Positions 51,265 to 59,298 of a DNA stretch of 64,000 bases are shown piece by piece (position 1 is the stretch's first letter; the number at the start of each line of letters is the position of its first letter). Origin of the DNA: Gemmatimonadota bacterium (GTDB lineage: Bacteria; JBHIER01; G020348925); NCBI GenBank assembly GCA_020348925.1, contig CP070758.1, positions 248,001-312,000 on the forward strand, in the 5' to 3' direction. Both the position numbers and the translations under genes were made by a program. The notes under the pieces are model-generated. The model did no database searches, had not been told where the DNA came from, and saw nothing but the letters and a program-made list of their open reading frames with translations.

Positions 51265-52185
51265 ATGATCGATCTGTTTCAGGAGTTCCTCACGCTTTTC
51301 AGAGGCGAATGTGCCGCTCTCGCTGCTGCGCTGTTCTGGGCGCTGGCAACCGTCATTTACGGTCGCTTCGGACGACATGTACCTTCCGGCGAACTGAACT
51401 TACTCAAAAATGTACTGGCCTCGGTCATGGTGCTCCTGACCCTTGCATCTCAAGGCACCTCGTGGCTTCGTATCGATCCCTTTGCGCTCGGAGCGCTGTT
51501 ACTGAGTGGTGCTCTGGGACTTGGCATGGGAGATACGGCGTACTTTGAATCATTGAAATGTATTGGCCCCAGACGGGCACTGCTTCTAGGTATTTTAGCC
51601 CCGCCGCTGGCCGGACTCATCGCATTGATCTTTTTGGGGGAGAGGTTACGTGTCCCTGCCTGGGCAGGCATTGGCGTGACGGTTCTGGGTGTGGCCTGGG
51701 TGGTGAGTGAGCGAACGGCAAACGGAAGAGGCACATCGGAGCGTCTTTTGCGCGGCATTCTGTTCGGGCTGATGGCAGCAGGAGCCCAAGCCACAGGTGT
51801 GGTTCTCTCCCGGGCAGCCTTGACACAGACAGCTATCAGTCCCTTGACCAGTGCCCTCCTGCGGCTGGTGGGTGGTCTCCTCTTTCTCCTCCTGTGGATC
51901 CTGCTGAAGCGTCGGCCCTTGGGGCAGTGGCGAGCCCTTGAGGAATCAAAAAGAATATGGGCCGCCGTTCTCCTTGCCACTTTTATTGGTACCTATCTCA
52001 GCATATGGTTCCAACAGACGGCCCTCAAACATACAAGCTCGGGCATTGCCCAGACGCTTTTTTCCACAAGCCCTCTCTTCGTGCTGCCCATCGTATTCTT
52101 AATGGGAGAAAAGATCAGCCCCAGGGCGATTTTTGGAGCGTGTGTCGCTTTGGCCGGCGTCGGATTGCTGCTCGGTTTTGCGTAA
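51265..52185 (+). CDS. DMT/EamA family transporter
   Basis: About ten TM segments in two repeats; GDTAYF, FLGERL and GEKIS motifs. Confidence 0.9.
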   Translation: MIDLFQEFLTLFRGECAALAAALFWALATVIYGRFGRHVPSGELNLLKNVLASVMVLLTLASQGTSWLRIDPFALGALLLSGALGLGMGDTAYFESLKCIGPRRALLLGILAPPLAGLIALIFLGERLRVPAWAGIGVTVLGVAWVVSERTANGRGTSERLLRGILFGLMAAGAQATGVVLSRAALTQTAISPLTSALLRLVGGLLFLLLWILLKRRPLGQWRALEESKRIWAAVLLATFIGTYLSIWFQQTALKHTSSGIAQTLFSTSPLFVLPIVFLMGEKISPRAIFGACVALAGVGLLLGFA

Positions 52186-52443
52186 AGTCGAGACTCGATT
52201 ATTATACTGAGACGTACATTTCAGAGAAGCGTCCGTCTATTGCTCCGCATCCAAGTATTTCATGAATGAATCAGATTAAGAATCCCTTGACTTTTTTGGC
52301 GGAGATATCCATATTGTTGAAGAGACAGGCTTCTTCAGTGTCGGTTTGACAATCTACGGCTGAGACTCTTCGATACGCTCCGCGGTTTTAGAGGTCGACA
52401 GCGGCCAGAATGTGTATGTCACGAGTCATTTGAAAGGAGTGTT

Positions 52444-54174
52444 ATGGGACGCAAATCCAAGATTGTGTGCACCATTGGTAACATCGAAAAGAAATTCGAG
52501 CAGGAGGTCAGAACAGACCTGAGCGGATCGATTCCCGACGCAGTGGAACTTGAAGAACGGATCCGGGATGAGGTGAAGAAGAACCTCTGCGAAAGGCTGA
52601 GGTCGATCATATCCGGTTTCATTGAAAATGGGATGAATGTTGCTCGACTGAATATGGCCCACTTTGATGTTGACGATGAGGATGATGATCGCTATCTCAG
52701 TACGTTGATCGAAACGATCAGAGAGCTCTCACCGGACATCGCGATCCTCGGAGATATCCAGGGTCCGAAGGTTCGAATCCACAATTTTCTCGGAGAATAC
52801 GAAGACAAGAAGGAGGTTGAACTGGAGGCAAAGGAGTCCTTTGTCATAACAACTCGGGAAAGTCTTTCGACCGGCAAAGGCGCATCCATCCAGAAACCGG
52901 ACTTTTTGGATTTCGTAGGAGATATGAGGCGTCATATCAAAGATAAGGGTCGACCCGTTGAATTTTGGCTGGCCGACGGAGAAGTCATCTTGACCGCTGA
53001 AGCCGAGGATATAAAGGAGAATGATGGTGACATTCATTGTACGGTGAAAGTACCGGGCAGAATAAAGATCCGCAAAGGAATTGCTGTCAAAAACAGTGCC
53101 ATACAACCCGGAAGATATGAGTTGAGGAAATATCCGAAGGACCAAAAAGATGTGGAGTACCTTTTGCGACAGAGGGTCGATGCGATTGCCTTATCAATGG
53201 TGAATTCAAAAAACGATGTCGAAGGGCTGCACGGGTTCATCAAGAACACCATTGGTGGTAAAGGGGGAGGGAAGGGGATCGAGGAACGATACTATGCCGG
53301 GACAACGGATTTCCCGATCATTGCGAAAATAGAGACTGAGGATGGATTTCGCAATATCGACGAGATCATCGAAACATGTTACGGAGTCATGGTGGCAAGA
53401 GGGGACTTGGCCCTTCAAACGAGGATTCAAGAAATTCCTATTCTTCAGAAGAGAATTATCGAAAAATGTGTTTTAAGGGGAAAGCCCGTTATCACTGCAA
53501 CGCAGATGCTCTCATGGATGATGTATTTCGTCGAGCCGAAGAGAGCGGAGGCTACCGATGTGGCCAACGCGATATTTGATGGGACGGATGCGTTGATGTT
53601 GTCCGAGGAGACGGCCGATCCCAAGAGTAAATATCCGGCGGAATCGATCAGGATGATGGCTGACATTGCCACGGCCACAGAACGTGAAGCGAAAGAGCGG
53701 AACAGGGTCGAGTATAAATACAAGGTGGACCAGTTGCACGAGAAAATCATGAGCAGATTGCAGGAGGGCGAAGAATCAAAATTCAGTGAGAACGAATGTG
53801 GTGATATTATTTCCCACACCGTATCCTACAATGCCTGTAAAAAAGCCTTTGAATTGGGATGTAAATCAATTATTGTTCTTACTGATACGGGAAGCACCGC
53901 ACGGATCATTTCAAGATTTAAACCTGATGCAAGCATTTTGGCCGGTGTATACAGCCAACACGTAGCACGCCTCCTCCAGTTCAGTTTCGGCGTCCAGGCA
54001 GTAAAGATTGTACGGGACGATGCTGGATATCCTTTCGAGGAGTTCCGCCAAGTCATAGATCGAGCCAAGGAGCAGGGTCTTGTTCGGACAGGTGATCGTG
54101 TGGTAACCGTCGGAAGATATCCGCGAAGGATACCCGGAACAGTAACATTATTGAATGTATTGACGGTCGAATAG
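52444..54174 (+). CDS. pyk: Pyruvate kinase (divergent, with insertions)
   Basis: KIVCTIG, MNVARLN, DIQGPK, IIAKIE, MVARGDL, ATQML, RAEATDVANA and MLSEETA motifs. Confidence 0.88.
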   Translation: MGRKSKIVCTIGNIEKKFEQEVRTDLSGSIPDAVELEERIRDEVKKNLCERLRSIISGFIENGMNVARLNMAHFDVDDEDDDRYLSTLIETIRELSPDIAILGDIQGPKVRIHNFLGEYEDKKEVELEAKESFVITTRESLSTGKGASIQKPDFLDFVGDMRRHIKDKGRPVEFWLADGEVILTAEAEDIKENDGDIHCTVKVPGRIKIRKGIAVKNSAIQPGRYELRKYPKDQKDVEYLLRQRVDAIALSMVNSKNDVEGLHGFIKNTIGGKGGGKGIEERYYAGTTDFPIIAKIETEDGFRNIDEIIETCYGVMVARGDLALQTRIQEIPILQKRIIEKCVLRGKPVITATQMLSWMMYFVEPKRAEATDVANAIFDGTDALMLSEETADPKSKYPAESIRMMADIATATEREAKERNRVEYKYKVDQLHEKIMSRLQEGEESKFSENECGDIISHTVSYNACKKAFELGCKSIIVLTDTGSTARIISRFKPDASILAGVYSQHVARLLQFSFGVQAVKIVRDDAGYPFEEFRQVIDRAKEQGLVRTGDRVVTVGRYPRRIPGTVTLLNVLTVE

Positions 54175-54238
54175 GTGTTGAGAGATATATGACTCCTACT
54201 GACGTTCAAGTTCGCTTAGCGATGAAGGAGAACGTATC

Positions 54239-54655
54239 ATGCGATTGGCAGTAGTCGATACGGAGCGGTGCGTCGGCTGCCAGCAGTCTATGTTTGCCTG
54301 TGTGAGGCGGCAGGGCGAGGCGGGATTGGCCAAAACATGCATAGCGGTGAGATCCGTGGGAGGGACTGAGAGGGGCTTCGTCGTCATCGTCTGCAGGGCC
54401 TGCGACGACCCACCCTGCGCCAAGGTGTGCCCTACCGAGGCGCTCGTTTCTAGAAAGGGCGGTGGTGTACGACTCGATTCCGAGAAATGCATCGGGTGTG
54501 GCCACTGTCAGGGGGCCTGTCCCATTGGCGCCATCTTCTGGGATGAGGAGACGAACAAACCGATGATTTGCGTCCATTGCGGTTATTGTGCTAAGTACTG
54601 TCCGCACACCGTTTTGGAATTGGAGAGAGAGGAGGCCGAACATGTTGAACGATGA
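54239..54655 (+). CDS. 4Fe-4S ferredoxin-type small subunit of AOR-family oxidoreductase
   Basis: CVGCQQSMFAC, CRACDDPPCAKVCP, CIGCGHCQGACP and CVHCGYCAKYCP motifs. Confidence 0.9.
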   Translation: MRLAVVDTERCVGCQQSMFACVRRQGEAGLAKTCIAVRSVGGTERGFVVIVCRACDDPPCAKVCPTEALVSRKGGGVRLDSEKCIGCGHCQGACPIGAIFWDEETNKPMICVHCGYCAKYCPHTVLELEREEAEHVER

Positions 54656-56408
54656 TCCTCTGGCGAATGTTCTCTACATCGATCTCTCCAAAAGAAGTTA
54701 CAGGGTTGCGCAGCGACAGGATCTTTTTGAGAAATACGTGGGCGGAGCCGGTGTGGCCGTCCAACTCCTTGAGGAGGAATGTCCTCAAGGGTGCGATCCC
54801 TATGGGCCCCACAATCCGATTATTTTCGCAGTGGGACCTTTGACCGGTCTCTTCCCCCTTGCCTCAAAAACGGTGGCCATGTTCAAATCGCCCCATACCG
54901 GCAATTTGGGCGAGAGTCATTGCGGCGGAAGGAGCGCCGTCGCCCTGCGTATGGCTGGTTATGGCGCCATCGTGATTAATGGCACCAGTGACATCCCTGT
55001 TTATGTGGCAATCCACGACGGGCGGGTCCATTTCAGAGATGCATCCGTCCTGTGGGGCATGGGCAGCAGATTTACAGTCGGCCGGATCATCAGGGAGAAC
55101 GAGCCGGGGTCCGGATTGCGGACCATCATGCGCATAGGCAGAGCGGGCGAGCAGCTCGTCTCGTATGCCAGTGTCACCACAGAGACGTATCGCCACTTCG
55201 GCAGGTTGGGTTTGGGTGCTGTTTTTGGGTGCAAGAAGCTCAAGGCGGTTCAAATTTCAGGGAAGCGTTCTCTTCCCGTAGCGGATCAAAAACAGTATCG
55301 AACCACATATGATGAGATTTACAAGACAGCGGTATCTTCCTCTGCCATGAAGAAATATCATGACCTTGGAACCCCCCAGAATGTCCTCCCCTTGAACGAT
55401 CTCGGTGCCCTTCCCACTCGGAATCTCAAGGAGGTGAGGTTCGAGGGTGTCTCGAACGTCTCTGGTGAAACGCTGGCCGAACAGTTTTTGGGCCGGCGCC
55501 TGGCGTGTTCCCATTGTCCTGTGGCTTGTATTCATGTGGCGGCCTTGCGGGAGCCCTACGAGGACGAACCGTATTTTTACAAGACCTCGATGATCAGTTA
55601 TGACTACGAACCCATCTATGCCTTAGCGACTATGCTGGGTGTTTCGGACAACCGAGGTTTTTTGGAGCTGATGGATGAGGTGGAGACGGTGGGTGTGGAT
55701 GCCATGAGCACCGGCGTGATTCTGGCCTGGGCCACGGAGGCCATGGAGAGGGGGCTCATCTCCGAAAAGGAGACACTGGACCTTGAGCTGAGCTGGGGAA
55801 ATCACAGGGCGTATGTGGAGGCGGTGCGACGGATCGTGTCGCAGCCGAACGACTTTTACAGGGCCTTGGCCCGTGGTGTCAAACATGCTGCGGATCAATA
55901 CGGCGGAGCCGACTTCGCCCTGAGCTTCGGAGGCAATGAGATGCCGGGCTATCATACAGGTCCCGGAGCCCATGTGGGAGCCCTCATCGGGGCGCGGCAC
56001 GGCCATCTGGATAATGCGGGTTACAGTCTCGACCAGAAAGCTGCCGCTACCGAACTCCCCACTCCTGAAAAACTTGTGGCTGCCCTGATGGCCGAAGAGG
56101 AGTGGCGTCAAGTTCTCTCGAGTCTCGTTGTCTGCTTCTTTGCCAGGGGCATCTATACGCAGGAGATTGTATCGGAAACACTCCGGTCGGCCGGTTTTGA
56201 ATTGTCGAAGGAGGATATGGAAAAGATCGGCATGATGATTCACAGGAATAAGTATCGGTTCAAAATCCGGGAGGGTTTTTCCCTGGATGACGTTCGGTTG
56301 CCGAAACGAATTTTTGAAACGGAGTCACCGATCGGGATGTTGGACAAAGCATACTTTCAAGATGCCCTAAGCCACTTTAAGAATATGCTTCTTGCAAGTG
56401 AGTCTTGA
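54642..56408 (+). CDS. Tungsten aldehyde:ferredoxin oxidoreductase family large subunit
   Basis: KSPHTG, GESHCGG, GRLGLGAVFGCKKLKA, CSHCPVAC, DYE, GVDAMSTG and SSLVVCFF motifs. Confidence 0.9.
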   Translation: MLNDDPLANVLYIDLSKRSYRVAQRQDLFEKYVGGAGVAVQLLEEECPQGCDPYGPHNPIIFAVGPLTGLFPLASKTVAMFKSPHTGNLGESHCGGRSAVALRMAGYGAIVINGTSDIPVYVAIHDGRVHFRDASVLWGMGSRFTVGRIIRENEPGSGLRTIMRIGRAGEQLVSYASVTTETYRHFGRLGLGAVFGCKKLKAVQISGKRSLPVADQKQYRTTYDEIYKTAVSSSAMKKYHDLGTPQNVLPLNDLGALPTRNLKEVRFEGVSNVSGETLAEQFLGRRLACSHCPVACIHVAALREPYEDEPYFYKTSMISYDYEPIYALATMLGVSDNRGFLELMDEVETVGVDAMSTGVILAWATEAMERGLISEKETLDLELSWGNHRAYVEAVRRIVSQPNDFYRALARGVKHAADQYGGADFALSFGGNEMPGYHTGPGAHVGALIGARHGHLDNAGYSLDQKAAATELPTPEKLVAALMAEEEWRQVLSSLVVCFFARGIYTQEIVSETLRSAGFELSKEDMEKIGMMIHRNKYRFKIREGFSLDDVRLPKRIFETESPIGMLDKAYFQDALSHFKNMLLASES

Positions 56409-56523
56409 CATGAATTTCGGAACAGTATTGTGCTTGAGGTCCAAGAAATATCTTTAAGAAACGGAATAACAAATTCAAGCTCGAAGGAGCCTGTATACGA
56501 TTCAGAACGGAAGCGAAAGAGAT

Positions 56524-57615
56524 ATGGGTAAAAATTTAAAACGCGTAGGTATTCTGACCGGTGGCGGTGATTGCCCGGGCCTGAACGCCGTCATTCGGGC
56601 GGTGACCAAAGCCGCCATGGGAGGCGGAATTGAGGTTGTGGGTATCGAGGATGGGTATTTGGGCCTCATTCAAAACCGAATGCGGGTTTTGAACAACGAG
56701 GACGTCAGTAACATTTTGACCACCGGTGGAACGATCCTGGGGGCGTGCAATAAATCCAATCCGGCCGCCTATAGCGTGCCGGAGGGGGAGGGGTGGGTGG
56801 TCCGCGACGTCCGTGACAAGGTTGTGGAGCATTACGAGTCCGCAGGGTTGGATGCCTTCGTCGTCATCGGGGGAGACGGCACCATGAGCAGTGCCGTGAA
56901 GCTCATCGAGCGCGGGCTGAACATCGTAGGTGTGCCAAAGACCATCGATAACGACTTGTGGGGGACGGACATCACCTTCGGGCACGATACGGCCGTTCAA
57001 ACCGCTGCCGAGGCTTTGGACAAGGTCCATACCACAGCCTCCAGCCATCATCGGGTTATGGTTGTGGAGCTTATGGGACGCTATGCAGGGTGGCTGGCCT
57101 TGAACGCCGGCCTCGCATCAGGAGCCGATGTCATCCTTATTCCCGAAATAGCCTTCGATATTGAAAGGATCTGCTCAAAGTGCGTTGAGCGAAGTAAGCA
57201 CGGGAAACGCTTCACCATTATTGTCGCCGGCGAAGGCGCCAAGCCGGCGGGAGGGGAGTTGTTCGTCGAGCGTGTGGATGACACATCTCCGGATCCGATC
57301 CGCCTGGGAGGCATTGCCCATTATGTCGCCAGGGAGGTTGAGACGCGCACAGGACTTGAGAGCAGATCGATAGTTCTGGGCCACATCCAGCGCGGAGGGA
57401 TACCTACGCCGAGAGATCGCCTTTTGGCCACCCAATTTGGCTTTCACGCTTTCGAACTCCTGCAGCAGCGTCGATTCGGAAGAGTCGTTGTGGAGAGAGA
57501 GGGCAAGATCGGCTCGACACCGATCGCCGATGTCGCCGACAAGATCCGGACCGTCCCCCTTGACCACGTTCTGATACGGTCAGCCCGAGCGGTGGGAACG
57601 TACTTCGGGGATTAG
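56524..57615 (+). CDS. pfkA: 6-phosphofructokinase (GGDGT / PKTIDND type)
   Basis: TGGGDCPGLN, GGTIL, GGDGT, PKTIDND, ELMGR and LGHIQRGG motifs. Confidence 0.95.
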   Translation: MGKNLKRVGILTGGGDCPGLNAVIRAVTKAAMGGGIEVVGIEDGYLGLIQNRMRVLNNEDVSNILTTGGTILGACNKSNPAAYSVPEGEGWVVRDVRDKVVEHYESAGLDAFVVIGGDGTMSSAVKLIERGLNIVGVPKTIDNDLWGTDITFGHDTAVQTAAEALDKVHTTASSHHRVMVVELMGRYAGWLALNAGLASGADVILIPEIAFDIERICSKCVERSKHGKRFTIIVAGEGAKPAGGELFVERVDDTSPDPIRLGGIAHYVAREVETRTGLESRSIVLGHIQRGGIPTPRDRLLATQFGFHAFELLQQRRFGRVVVEREGKIGSTPIADVADKIRTVPLDHVLIRSARAVGTYFGD

Positions 57616-57661
57616 GATCTGGAATTAGGATCGAAGATTAGGATCGAAGATTGCGATCGGG
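57610..57661 (+). repeat. 13-bp degenerate tandem repeat x4 (GATTAGGATCGAA)
   Basis: gattaggatctgg-aattaggatcgaa-gattaggatcgaa-gattgcgatcggg, starting within the pfkA stop region. Confidence 0.85.
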
Positions 57662-57724
57662 TATTGGCTTTCGACCTGAAAAGAGTCTGAAATCTTTCAA
57701 GCACAATAGGGAACAGGAGGAGAA

Positions 57725-59131
57725 ATGGAGATCAAGTTGAGTTTCCTGGGCGCTGCCCGGAACGTCACTGGATCGAGATATCTGATTGAGGCCAACGGCT
57801 CAAGAATATTGGTGGACTGCGGGCTCTATCAGGAACGAGATCTTAGAGAACGAAACTGGGATCCGTTTCGTATTCCACCCAGTACAATCGATGCTGTTCT
57901 TCTCACCCATGCCCACCTCGACCATTGCGGTTTGTTGCCGAAGCTGGTCCGGGAAGGCTTCCAAGGAAAGATATACTGTACGGCCGCCACATCTGAGATT
58001 GCTCAGATCGTGCTTCTTGACTCCGCACATTTGCAGGAAGAGGATGCGGAGTTCAAGCGAAAGAGACACGAGAGGGAGGGAAGGACAGGACCGTATCCTG
58101 TGGTTCCACTTTACACTACGGAGCAGGCCGAGGCCTCCTTTCCTCTGTTCAAAACTGTGCGATACGAGGAGCCTGTAAAAGTGGGAGACGGCATCGAAGC
58201 CAGCTTTCACGATGCCGGCCACATTCTCGGCTCATCAATGATACGAGTAAGTGTCAACAGCAATGGCCAGGAGCGGACGATCGTTTTCTCCGGAGACGTG
58301 GGTCGCTGGGATAGACCCATACTCCGCGATCCAACGATCTTCGATCAGGCCGATTACCTGCTCGTGGAGTCCACCTATGGAGACAGGGTGCACGATGACG
58401 AAGAGGATATAAACAAGCAACTTTCGGACGTTATAAGGGCTACCCGAAAGGCCGGGGGGAACATTGCCATTCCAAGCTTTGCTGTCGAACGATCTCAGGA
58501 GATTCTGTATCATTTGAACGAGCTCTTGATGAAAGATCTTATTCCGCATCTCATGGTTTTTGTCGACAGTCCCATGGCCATCAGTGTAACGGAAGTGTTC
58601 GAACACCATCCGGAATTGTTTGACGAGGACATGATGGAATTGATCCGCCGACGGGAATCCCCCTTCGACTTTGCGGGCTTAAAGATGACGAGAACCGTGA
58701 AGGAGTCTAAAGCCATAAATCATATTAAGGGAACCGTCATAGTCATAGCAGGGGCGGGAATGTGCACAGGGGGGAGGATTAAGCATCATTTGGTCAATAA
58801 TATCTCACGACCGGAAAGTACCATACTCTTTGTCGGCTATCAAGCGGTTGGAACCCTTGGAAGGCACATAGTCAATGGGGCCAAGGAGGTCAGAATATTG
58901 GGCGAAACGTACCGCGTGAACGCCAACATCATACAGATACATGGGTTCTCCGCTCATGCGGATCGGGACGATCTTTTCAAATGGGTATCGGGTTTGCGGA
59001 CTCCCCCCAGACACGTATTCGTTACTCATGGGGAACCCGAGGCGGCTGATGCCTTCGCCGATCTCATTCAGAAGAAAACGGGCTGGGACACCTCGGTGCC
59101 GACCTATCAAAGCGAGGTTGTTCTGAAGTAG
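57725..59131 (+). CDS. Metallo-beta-lactamase / beta-CASP ribonuclease
   Basis: THAHLDH, AGHILG, SGD, ESTYG, FSAHAD and VTHGE motifs. Confidence 0.92.
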   Translation: MEIKLSFLGAARNVTGSRYLIEANGSRILVDCGLYQERDLRERNWDPFRIPPSTIDAVLLTHAHLDHCGLLPKLVREGFQGKIYCTAATSEIAQIVLLDSAHLQEEDAEFKRKRHEREGRTGPYPVVPLYTTEQAEASFPLFKTVRYEEPVKVGDGIEASFHDAGHILGSSMIRVSVNSNGQERTIVFSGDVGRWDRPILRDPTIFDQADYLLVESTYGDRVHDDEEDINKQLSDVIRATRKAGGNIAIPSFAVERSQEILYHLNELLMKDLIPHLMVFVDSPMAISVTEVFEHHPELFDEDMMELIRRRESPFDFAGLKMTRTVKESKAINHIKGTVIVIAGAGMCTGGRIKHHLVNNISRPESTILFVGYQAVGTLGRHIVNGAKEVRILGETYRVNANIIQIHGFSAHADRDDLFKWVSGLRTPPRHVFVTHGEPEAADAFADLIQKKTGWDTSVPTYQSEVVLK

Positions 59132-59298
59132 TAATGAATGGTACGGAATGGCTGGAGCGAAGCATTGAAAAAGCGGATGACGCGTATTTTATTTTGAAAC
59201 TCGCTTTCTCTATTGAGGTGACGGAGTTTTGAAACCATGTATTCAAAGTATTCACTCTGAGTAATAATGCACCGGAGAATTCGGGAGGAGACTGAATA

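Noticed and set aside
52310-52443. Possible riboswitch in the pyk leader
   Set aside because: Some pairing is possible (GAAGAG...CTCTTC), but I recognise no aptamer consensus or expression platform.
57610-57661. Short repeats here and at 46283 as a CRISPR array
   Set aside because: Units are 12-13 bp with no spacers, and there are no cas genes.
59129-59137. Triple stop TAG-TAA-TGA after the RNase gene
   Set aside because: A curiosity with no further support for function.
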